64,000 nucleotides of DNA, from assembly GCA_009602725.1 (NCBI GenBank), contig WELB01000025.1:11614-75613 (forward strand), in the 5' to 3' direction. Position numbers and translations under genes: made by a program. How positions within the stretch are numbered: the stretch's first letter is position 1; every line of letters begins with the position of its first letter. The DNA is from Spirogloea muscicola. Lineage: Eukaryota. The notes below the pieces were generated by a model. That model made no database searches and was not told where the DNA came from. It saw only the letters and a program-made list of their open reading frames with translations. Positions 23,901-34,467 of the stretch are shown one piece after another.

Positions 23901-25068
23901 CGCAAGGCCCTGGCTTTGTCGCTCTCCGACTCGCGCACAGCAGTGAAGAAGTTGAATGGCATTCTCAATGTAGTAACATGGATACTTATCATCATCATCT
24001 GGATGTTACGACTGGGCATTGCCACCACTCACCTCCTGGTGCTCGTCTCCTCACAACTGCTGCTGGTGGTCTTCATCTTTGGCAACATGGCCAAGACAGT
24101 GTTCGAGGCTTGCGTCTTCTTGTTCATCATGCACCCCTTTGACATTGGCGACCGTTGCATCATTGATGACAAGGAGGTATGAAGGCAACGGCACCCTGCT
24201 CTCTGGCATCCTCAGTGCATGCTCACTTCTTGAAGCTTTGCACGAGAGGCCGTCTGATTCCTTGTTGGTGGCTTGCTGTTCACAAACCTCTCTCCACACC
24301 CCTCTCTGCCACAGTAGCTCCTCTCCTGACTTCCTCTTCATCTACTGGGCGTGCAGTTTGTGGTCGAAGAGATGAATGTGCTTACTACAGTCTTCTTGTC
24401 CAGCGACAACTCCAAGGTTTGGATACCCAATTCGGCATTATCGACCAAACCTATCTATAATTACTACCGTAGTCCTGACCAGGGCGACTCGTTTGACTTC
24501 ACCGTGGCCGCATCAACAGCCACCTCTCTGATTGCGGAGCTCAAAAACCGCATCAACGGGTATGTCCTTAGATATCGCAGCACTGTTATTGAGTACTTGG
24601 TGCATCATCCTGTACATGTGCGTGGCTGGCGCACATCTTCCCTTGGCCCATCAACATTGTCCCTTCTCACACACGCCTGCATGTGACTACAAGAGCAAAG
24701 GGAGCCTGCCATGACAAGGGCCTCAATTGATGGACTTGATGTCTGGACCTGATGTCACTTACAGATACTTTGAGGCACACCGTGGATCTCTCCACCCGGC
24801 TCCTGCGTTGGTCTACCAGAACCTGGTCGATATGGACAAGCTGAAGCTCAGCCTCTGGTTCCGCCACACCGCCAATCATCACGATGCATCAGCCCGCTAT
24901 GCTCGACGTTCTGAGCTCATGACTTTCTTGCGGGACACCATGACCGAGCTTAAGATATACTGCTTCGACCTACCCCAATCCGGCATCCGCCTGCTGGATG
25001 CAGACGGCAATGCTCTTCCTCCTCCTCTTGGTCCTCCTCGTCCCAATCAACCCGGCGTAGTGAGTTGA
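20909..25068 (+). CDS. Mechanosensitive channel of small conductance-like (MSL4-10 group); 5' end in gap
   Basis: WKWFILGLVIFCGRLISGW, IERNYLMRKRVLYFVYGLR, RFHVCNFFERIQEGLF, NVSAFNMRRM, RERKALALSLSDSRTAVKKL, FLFIMHPFDIGDRC, VVEEMNVLTTVFL, PIYNYYRSPD. Confidence 0.93.
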
Positions 25069-26109
25069 GGAAGTAAATTGCTTGTCACAATCACAATTTG
25101 CACAACCAGTGATCGCTGACCTCCCTTACTACAACAATCACTTGCGATCGCTCTTCGGGCAGGGTTCAGTCACCCTGTCTACCTTGCTGTCTGTCTTTCG
25201 GATGCACTTGTTTGCAACAATACTGCGTTGTGTTTTCTTTTACCTTTTTCCTTCCTAGCACAGAGGCAAACACTCAAGGCAAGAGCTTGGAACATGGGCT
25301 ACTGGGCGTCTACCCACGTTCACAAGCAGATGTTCCACATTCTTTGAACTATTTGCAAGTTCATATGCATCTGTTGTAGCAATTGCTCAAACGATGCCAT
25401 TTTTGGTCCACAATTGTGCGGACAGTAGACTGTTATCTGATATTCATGGAGCCATTTCCTGCTTCATTTCATTGCCAATCCGGCATGAAACTTTCTTGCC
25501 CAAGTACTGCCTTATTGACATGCAGCAGCATCACTACATTGTACTGGTCGTTGGAATATCGCCTGAATATCAATGGGTGGCTCACCTCTTGCATGAGAGT
25601 ATGAACATGGATATTTGAACCTGAAGGCCGAATGTATTTTCTTCTCTCTATCTTTCGCATGCGAGAGTGCGTCCTCACTCCCTGAAGTGCAGCTGTGGTA
25701 CCGGGTGGTGCTACCCCACTTGCAGCTCTGGCCTCTTGTCTCTTGCCCTCTTGTGCAGAGTTGCGCCCTTACAGGATGAAACTAACATGACTGCTTATCT
25801 TGATGCACGGCTAACAGCAAGCCATGTGTCTGCACAATGGCCAGTAGTGAAGACTACTGGGCTAGCAAGCAGGGAAGGTGCACTGGACTCAAATGCAGCA
25901 GAGGAAGGTAATCACCTTCACGAAGTTGGCTGCTGCTATGCTATATGTAGAGAAACTTTGTTGCTGAATTCGGGTCACTGCTTCAGAAAAGCTTTGCTCG
26001 TACAAATATACTATACTTGCTGGGCTTGGCCAATATGCAGATACTGAAACGCTGGGGTCTTGCCCCTCCAGTGCCTACTTGTAAGCTCTTTGATAAGAAG
26101 AAGCTCTCC

Positions 26110-26185
26110 CGAATGGGCAGTGGCTGTGAGAGGCCAGACTAAACGGAAGGGACATGGTCCTAGGGGGGCAGAAAGCACCACACAC
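26110..26185 (-). repeat. Degenerate CRE-like 3'UTR module
   Basis: gcagtggctgtgagaggccagactaaacggaagggacatggtcc resembles the plus-strand form ggctgtgagaggccagcccaaaggaatggacaaggtc of the module. Confidence 0.45.
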
Positions 26186-27127
26186 GTCTGTACAGAAAGT
26201 GGCTACCACGAATTGGGAGAGGACTTGGTCAACTACCCTGTGACCCTGACTGCTGCTTCTCATAAGATCTGCTTGTGTTTGAGATACAAGGTAAGGAGGA
26301 CGACCAGATCACCAGGCCCAGGCGTGCAGCGGCAGGACTAGTAACAGCAGTCAGTGGATGGGGCCGAGCGGCACATGAGCAAATGTTTCAGAAGGTGCCC
26401 AAGTGTGGTTTAGGAACCCACCCTGCCCCCCCCTATCTCCAAATCCACTTTACAGCCCTCCTAGCCGTCCGGGCTACGAGAACTTCCACACAACAGGATG
26501 TTCATTGACAGCTCCCGCAAACAGCCTGTCACGAGCCCGTCAATGGCCATTGAGGGTCTATTATGACTTTCCACCATTGACGGTTCTACCACCAATGGCT
26601 CCAACCATCAATACGTCTTTCCGTGACAGAAACGTCCTGACCATGTGGTGTGACTTTATCACCTACTGTTATTGCTTGTGACCGAGATCTGCTGTCAGCA
26701 TTCGCTTCTATTAGATTGTCCAACTTATCTTATCTGGAACGACTTCTTGAAGTGCACCATATCTTATGTTCCTGCTGGAGCGCATGTATGCTGTGCTGGT
26801 TCAGTACAAGGCATTCCCTTTTAGTATTGCTCCTGCACTTATAGCTCGCATAGCCTTCCACGCAGACGATGTGGATTGGCACCATTGCCTTTGGCGATTG
26901 AGCTATCGACGTCGCATGGCAGTCAACAACATATGGCATGACACTGCCATCAATGGCTGGCCTGATAAAATTGACAAGTGCTGCCAGCGGTCAGAAGGTT
27001 TTTGCGAGAAAGAGGACGCACTGCTTGCATGCTCTTGTAAGCTGCAGGGCTCTGACATAGAGCTCAATGGTAGCCTGCCGGCCTGAATGCTCGCTTGACA
27101 CTCGTGTTAACGCTTACATGTAGTACC

Positions 27128-27445
27128 TATGGGGCGGGCACTCGTGTGAATTCGACCCGCGCTCGAGGCCGTCAACCTCGTCCTGCAATAGCATCATGGC
27201 CTATGTTACCGTCCACTTGGTGGCGCCTAGCAAGTCCAAGCCGGCTCATGTGCGGTTCCGGCGCTGTCTATCGCTGTGCAATGTCCTGTAGGGGTAAGGG
27301 TCTCGTCAGGACCCGTGATGCTTCCTGGTGGCCAGTCATCAGTAATTCACATGATCCTCGGCGCGGTTACATGTGGCCATTCTCACGTTGGTCTCCACGT
27401 GTCCTTTGGTTGATACCCAGCGGGCCCCGTAGTGGCCCGCCCCTA
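27128..27445. mobile_element. Possible small TIR element (MITE)
   Basis: Left tatggggcgggcact vs right agtggcccgccccta (imperfect inverted repeat), with tacc on both flanks (27124-27127, 27446-27449). Confidence 0.3.
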
Positions 27446-27984
27446 TACCACGACGTCTGTGTGATTTGGCACATGGTATCCTGGAGCTGACCACTCAAGC
27501 ACTAAAGTAGATAGAGCATGCCAGCAGCAGCTTACATCCATCCAGGTAGAGGTAGCCAGATCAGGAGAAGTGGGGATGTTGCATTGACACAGCGTTTCAT
27601 CGAGACACCAATCTTAACAAAATACACCGACCTCTGTGGTCCTGTCATTGTCCTAGCAAAGGAAGTCATCTTGCTTCAAAGCTACTCCATCGTTGAGGTC
27701 ACGCCTGTGCTTACGAGGCGCTTCCAGTCCGCATTCGTACTTGGGTCCAGCTTCTGACGACAAGTACCTCCTTCATATCAACACCAACACGCGTGCAGCG
27801 TGCAAGGCTCTTACTACGTGGCAGAGCACCCAATGCCTCTGAAGAGCAAACTTCATAAACGTGCTGCCAACTTTTGTTATACGCTTGTTGTCCACTTAGA
27901 AAATGTTTGTGCAAGACATGCAGAAAATGCAGAATATGGAGAACGGCTCAATATAGCAGCTAGGAATATTTGACTCGAGAAGCC

Positions 27985-28747
27985 TAAAAATCACTTCTCT
28001 TACCTTCCTTTGTCTTGTTTTGTCCGGAAATCATTCTTAGAGCAAGTGCCATTGGATAAAATGATCGATCATCTGTTGGATAAACACGAGCAATCTAGAT
28101 TAATGTAGTGTATGCATGATATTATTATTCACTACCATGCGAACAAGCACGATAATAAATGATATTGCATCTAAGCATAATATCATCACGTACCATTTCA
28201 TTGTGAAACTTAAGCATAAATAGTTTCCTTCTTGTTATCGTGTTATCGCACTATCGTGCCATGGCCACTGTACAAACTTGGTGGATAAATTCAATTTCGA
28301 AGCAGCTAGCTTAGCAGCTTGTTGAGCATTGGACAAACAGACTCCATTCATTTCAGAGAAGATTTGTCCTTCTGATATTCGAGCAATCCAGCCAGTAGGA
28401 TTCCTCTTCCTTTGCCCATTCTAATTTCCGTATGTTTTCTAGTCACTGGAATATCAGCAAACACTCGTATCCCATATCCCATATCTTTCCACTTCTTCGA
28501 AATTTTCTACTCATTGCACGACGTGTTGCCTCAATAGTTTGATATGATATAAGCCCAGACTCACAACTTTTCAGATCATATCTTCCAAAACATGATTGAG
28601 CAAAAGCAAGACCAGATTTTACAGAATTTTTTTGATGATTGTCAAATTTGAACATGTGGATAGAGCATAATCTGGTTTTTCTTCTTTTTGTACTTTAGTG
28701 ACCCATAGCTGGATTCCTAGGATTTCATAGGGAGCTAAAGCTACTTT
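27985..28747 (-). pseudogene. rpl16: NUMT: decayed mitochondrial rps3(3')-rpl16-rpl5(5') segment
   Basis: AT-rich island. Minus strand reads ALAPYEILGIQLWVT (rps3 C-terminus-like), MLYP../..FGRYDLKSCESGLISYQTIEATRRAMSRKFRRSGKIW/IRVFADIPVTRKHTEIRMGKG/GWIARISEGQIFSEMNGVCLSNAQQAAKLAASKLNLSTKFVQW (rpl16, frameshifted), then LKFHNEMVRDDIMLRCN..LALRMISGQ (rpl5-like). Confidence 0.85.
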
Positions 28748-29018
28748 GGACTTTCCTGCATGGCATGCTTCACCAGTGGTCAAGTGCAGATCTGTGGAGT
28801 GGGAGGATGGCGGGGTTTGTGAGAGGCCAGTCCCTCAGGCAGGCCCTCAGACACAATCAGCTTATTTACAGAAAAATTTCTCAAGATCGTACAATAGGGG
28901 AGGAGCGCACCAGCGCACCAAAAAGGCTCAAACAATAGGCTTGGATGGCTGGCTAAAGCCACACGACAAATAATGGGGCACTTGCAGTGCTCGTCACATG
29001 AAGGGCTGGCAATATGCC

Positions 29019-30999
29019 TCAGTCACTAAGTGCCAGCTGCATCCCAAGGTTCTTAGGGTCCTGAACAAGGAGTCAAACAGCGGCAGTCACCACTCTACAA
29101 CAGAAGCAAAGTGCGTGCAATCACGCTTCTTCTCTGGATCATCATTGGCAAAGTAGAAGTTGTGCATGTTCTGCAACCAGAAGCCCTCCATGATGGGTAC
29201 TTCCCTAGGCCCAGCAATCGACTCCATGACGTGATGCCTCCAAAGCTGCCACAGCAATGACGAGATCAAGTAAGCTCAGTCCACAATCAACAGCAAAATA
29301 GCCAGTCTACGTTCACCTGATGCTGTGTCGGATATAAGGGTCCCCTTTTGACGCGCAAGGCTGTCCGATTCTAATGGTTGGGAGCACGCGCACTTTAGAC
29401 AATACTAAGTAGTTGCAGCCAAGAGCCCCCTGTTTGGCACTCTATCTTCCCGAGGGGCTGGGGACTTAAGCTCACCTGCTGATGGATGTTGGGGGCTGGG
29501 TAGATGTGCTGAGCTTCTCTGTGTGACCATCCTTGGAGTCAAACGCTCCGCTGCCAATGGGGCTGTAGAAGTGCTGTGGAGAGGTCTCATTGCAGATTCC
29601 TATCTTCCCCGCCACCTTGTTTATTGCTTCCAGCCGATTGCCAAAGTCTGTGAGATCGGTCTTGTACCACTCCAACTTCTCCTTCCCATAGTGGAAACCA
29701 AGATTTGCAACAACCTGCACGCATGGCAACATATGGTCAGGACCAGGGTGCACTAGGCTGCAACCCTGAGCAGCCTCTCTTTTCTTTGGGCGCGCATTTT
29801 CCTCTCTTCTTGCTCGTCAGACAGGACAGATGAACGCACCACATCAGAGTCATTGAATGTATAGTCGGTGGATGGTCACAGGACATAGCGGCTCCCCTTC
29901 ATCTTTCGATGGGAAGTTGATACGCTGCACACAGACGCCGTGCACATTGAGCAACCAAACACGCAGAGGGGCTCTTGAAGGTGGCAGAGATACTCCTGCA
30001 GGTCACCGCCGCAGGAAGACTCTGATGCCCGGCGCCGGGGTATCCCGATGGGCCAATATCACGCCATGCCCTCGATGCATCAGGACTGCCAGCACGCAGG
30101 CAAGGAAGGGTTTCCGACTCAGGCCACTCACTCCTGTAGTAGCTCAACGTCTGGTTCTTGAAGGGACCTCCTAGCATGAAGTAGTCAATCCACGCAGTAG
30201 TTGTTCAGTAGCTTACGATGCTCATAGTAGTCGATTGCCACAAGCCTTCTCACAGCTTCCTCCGTGGTCTTCTCAAACGTGCCATTACAGTGGTATCTGC
30301 TGCAGGGTCAGAAGAGCATCAAGCACAGTGGACGTGTGCGCAACTTGCTGCCCAAGCCAGAGCGTGAATCTCTCTCAAGCTGATCTCTCGCATGTGTGGT
30401 GCAGCGAGGACCAAACCCCCCACCTTCACTTCCAAATGCAAGATGGCCCGTGCAGTCGAGGCTTTCAACCTGGCCATCTAATCGAGGCGTTTGACCTTGC
30501 ATTCCGCCCCTTGCTTGCGGACTTAGAGGAGACCCGTCCGGGGTTATGTGTCAATAGAAGAGGCGGATTCGGAAAAGGTAAAAACCGAAAAAAGGGTCCG
30601 AGCAGCTTACCGGCGGTCGACCTGGGCGACGAACCTCTCGTACCCGTACTTCTGCAGGGACACAGTGAATATATCCGAGAAGTGGTGCACAAGGGAGTCG
30701 CCCACGAAGGCAAGCCGCTTGCCTGCCACCAGCTGCACCACGCGCGCCAAAGCCAGAGCCGGCACCCGATGAGGATGCCACCACTCGGAGGCTGTTGTTG
30801 GGGAGTCAGCTTGCCGGGTTGGCAGCGGCGGAGGCGAAGAAGGTGGTGGTGGCAGCTCCTACAGGTGCCATGCGACGGGTGGAGGAGGCATGGGGGCGCG
30901 AGCTGACGTTGGCGGCGGCGGCGGCGTTGAAGATGCGGTCGCCGACGAGCTTGATGAAGGCGGGCTCCCGGCGGCGCGACGGGGGGGGGGCGCGGCCAT
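29019..30999 (-). pseudogene. Pseudogenised TBL/PC-esterase-like (SGNH) gene, tandem paralog of 34468-36881
   Basis: Retains GKRLAFVGDSL, VVANLGFHY, ETSPQHF and KRDCTHF. It also has a frameshift near 30192 (TGC-G-TGG vs paralog TGT-GAC-TTG-TGG), further lesions in the 29840-29925 exon, Trp-to-TGA changes (e.g. EW*LP at 29087) and an out-of-frame ATG lacking the membrane anchor. Confidence 0.8.
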
Positions 31000-31483
31000 G
31001 GGGGGAGGGGAAAGCGGCTGGGAAGGCCCGGCAGGCTCAACCAGCGCGAAGCTTGCTGGTGCCGTCGGCGGTGGAAAGGCGGCTGCCGATATCAGCAGCG
31101 CGGCTGGAAATGCCGGCCAGGTGCACACGGAGAAACAGCTGTGTCCCAACTGACGGCTTTGGCTGTGAGAGGTCAGCCCAAAGGAGTGGGGCCGTCGAGA
31201 GTGCACACGGCCCACAGGGCCGAAGGGCGCGGGGACAAGTGAGCTCATGCAGCGGCACGGGCGGCGGGAGCAGGCCAAGCTTGCCGCCAGGGACGCGGCG
31301 TGGGGCCCGGGGTTTGGCGGGGCGCCGGCGCCAGACTCCGCGCCGCGCTGCCGCCGCCGGCCCCAGATGGCACCGCCCAGACGGGGCACCTTGAGCACTG
31401 GAGCGCCCCCCCGCTCTCGTGCCCTGAGCCGCCAGACCGCGGCCTGCGGCTCTGGCCGGCCACTCGGGGGCGGTGTTTACTGA

Positions 31484-31623
31484 CGGCCAATTTACACTGG
31501 GACGGACGGACGCAAATTGGCCTCAGTTTGGCCTCTAATTGGCATGGGTTTGACCCCGGCGCTCCATACACTGCGCGACAGTACCCCTGGGCCGCTTCCG
31601 TCCGCCCCGGTGTAAATTGGCCC
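31484..31623. mobile_element. 140-bp MITE, PIF/Harbinger (Tourist)-like
   Basis: TIRs ggccaatttacactgggacggacgga / tccgtccgccccggtgtaaattggcc (24/26 complementary). 3-bp TSD TGA at 31481-31483 and 31624-31626. Confidence 0.8.
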
Positions 31624-31729
31624 TGAGGCCCACAACCGTTTCGCATTCCGGGCGGGCGCTCGCGCCAAGCCGATCCGCGCCGCGGCCCCAGCGCCGCGCC
31701 GCCCCCCGCCCGACCGCCCGACTGTCGGC

Positions 31730-33440
31730 ACCTGGCTGGCCTTTCTAGCGGCCTCTTGTCAATGTCAGCAGTCCCTTTCATCCAACTTTCTCCCGTTCGA
31801 TTCCTGTTGTTCCCCGATGTTCTTCATTGGCTGGCCACTCGTTGCCATCGCCCCTCTACTGGAAGATCTGTGTGAACTCCCTGTCTGTGGTTTCCTTGCC
31901 CGAGGCTGCCCAGTCACACGCCCCGCCCCTGCCGGTCCGCCGGCAGCCGACGGGCTCTGCCGGTCCCCGCCGCCGCGCAGGAGCTGCGAGCGCGCCAGTT
32001 ATGCGAAGCCGGCACCTGCGCAGCGGTGTATTTGGCGCTTTTCTCGACCCCTTCGGACCTTGTCCACTTTCGGGCTAGCTTTCATAGTCTCCCTTCCGGA
32101 AGTGCTTACTTCATCGCACAGCCATCGCCCTTACTGGAAGAGTCTGTCTCCTTTATGAGCATCTGCTTTTTGCACAATTCAGACTGGTTACGGCAGTGGA
32201 AGATGAGCGCCGCAGAAGCTTGAGGAGGCTGCCAGAGATTCACAACAATCCAAGGAGCCTGGCAAGACCTACTTCCCTCGCCACACCTGGAGCCACAGAC
32301 TGGATCAACTCACACGCCGTGGCCAACGCCTTCAGCATCAGCTCCGAGGCCTTTCGGACGTTGCTTCAACTCTTCCTCGGCCTCCCACCTAAATGCCTGA
32401 TTGGGGTGCGCCAGTGTGAGTGCGGCTTCCGTGCAGAGGGTTCTGAGCTCGCCACTCGCATGCTGCGATGCTCCACTGGACCAGAAGTGGTGGTATCCAC
32501 AACCTCCTCCGTGATGCCCTGGCGGGTTACATGCGCGACCCCAGGTACCGTGCTGTCGTGGAAGTGAACAACATCATGCCTATCACCACGGATGCCCAGT
32601 GACGTCATCATCGCCGCACACTTGACATTGTGGGCGTGCAACCTGGTGGAGGACCACGGGCCTTGGTCGATGTTGTGGTTACGGAGGCCTGTAAAGCCAG
32701 CATCGACACACATCGCTGGCCACGCATTGGGCCTGTTGAACAAAAAAGTTGCAGCACTACTCCAGTTACCCCCAATGTGATCAGCTCCTGCCAGCGGCAA
32801 TCGACATCTTTGACTGCTTATGTCCTCGTTTCCTTCCTCTCCTTCAAAACATAGCCAATCTAGGCTACACACGACATGCAGTTGTGCTCCCGGCTGAGAT
32901 GGGCTTGCCAGCTGCATATCTGTCGTTCTTGCGACGACGAGTGTCCGCCTGTTTGCAGTGTGCTCAGGGTAAAGCCCCACAACGAGAGGGCTCGGCAGAA
33001 GTGGCGAGCGAGAGGTACGCTTGCCAATTTTCAAGAGTGGCAGTAGACGCCAGCCAAGCGCGTACAAGAAGAAGCGCGAGGGCTCCCTCGAAGGGGCATG
33101 GCTGTGCATGGCCCACACCCAAAATAAGGAAATTCCATTCAAGTGCTGGGGTGCAATCGCCTTCCAAGGGGCCAACACTTGTAACGGCAATGAAGGTGCC
33201 CCGTCATTGGCGTACGAGCTCAGCAGCTGCCACACTTGCGCCGGAAGTCAGAAGGTGGATGGGCAAGTAAGTACCCGCATTTCAACAAAGTGCCAACTAC
33301 GTCATTTCCGCGAGACGATTTTGGAGCCAATGGCCCATGTTTGCATAAGGTCTGGATGTGTAACAAGCTGTCTCTTGACTTCATTTGTCTTGTTCATTGT
33401 TTTGGGCTGGCCTCTCACAGTCACTGCCTTTCACAGCTGT
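31730..33440 (+). mobile_element. Cluster of CRE-like fragments including a degenerate CCHC zinc-knuckle + RLE coding segment (~32180-32970)
   Basis: ATDWINS...AFRTLLQLFLGLP..QCECG..ELATRMLRC..GGIHNLLRDALA...RRTLDIVGVQPGGGPRALVDVVVTE...KLQHY...LLPAAIDIFDCL...RRRVSACLQ, with stops and frameshifts. Flanked by gggctggcc..cacagcc 3'UTR modules. Confidence 0.8.
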
Positions 33441-34467
33441 TTCTTGTTTTGAATTGGGCAACAGCCCGACGAGGATGACAACCACCTGCAGCGAATGAAG
33501 GTAGCTAAGAACGGTTCTTCCTGGCCATGCTGCTGCTCCTGTGCTCTAGCTGGTGCTGTAGTTGCTGCTCTGCTCTGACGGCTGCTGCTGCTGGTGCTAG
33601 AAGTGAAACCCGCAAATATATCTCCTTTGCTTAGCTTCCTGGGCGCCGCAGCAACCCCTCCCCAACCCGGGCCACCGCCAAGGGAAAGAGAGAGGTGGGT
33701 GGAGCAGCTTCCACACTGCTACATTGAGCTGCCGAAGAGGGCTCTATGGAAGAACACTTTATTTGCCAGGGGAAAAATTTGGCAATATGTGCTCAGATCA
33801 CAAATCCTTAAACAGGGTCATACTCTGTAGCAAGCAGCAAGATGGCTTCTCACGAAGTGAGAGCATCTGTGATACGCCATCTCGACATGTTGAGCCAGGA
33901 TTGACTCACCTTAGCCAAAAGAGCAACACCGTATTTCAGAAACTTAGGGATCCGCACAGGAGCCTCAACAACCTTGGCACTGACCAGGGGGTTGCAAAGG
34001 AAACACAAGAGGTGGGTTGAATGCAGCTTCGCTTGTCAGGGGCATTTGCTAGGCCAAGGCCTAAGACTGCTGCATGGTGAACAAGAGCCGCAGTTCACAG
34101 ATCTAAGTAAGCGAGTATCCGCTATGTCAGCTACATTTTCTACAAAGATCTACCAGGCACTTGCCTTGCCTTCAAATAAATGAATATGACTATAAATGTG
34201 GAGTCCGTGTGGAGGACTTGCCCACAAGTCAGTCACGGATTGTCTCCTGGCATGGGTTGAGCCCTCCAAGCCGTGGCCAGCCAAAGGCCTGCACTACTTA
34301 GCAGCCTCCATGCTTAGCATGCGTCTCAAGTCACAACCATTTGAAGTCAAGTGGTTGTTGAATAGTCATGCCGTATTGACCAAGCTGGCTAGGTCAAATG
34401 GGTTTAGATCGACTAATAGAGTACATCATGCAGCCCCCCAACGAGCAGGTCTGACATGCAGGCCCAA

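Noticed and set aside
29087..29925. In-frame TGA codons in the left TBL-like copy as selenocysteine or readthrough
   Set aside because: They align to Trp codons of the paralog and co-occur with frameshifts, and no SECIS was found. Pseudogenisation is the simpler explanation.
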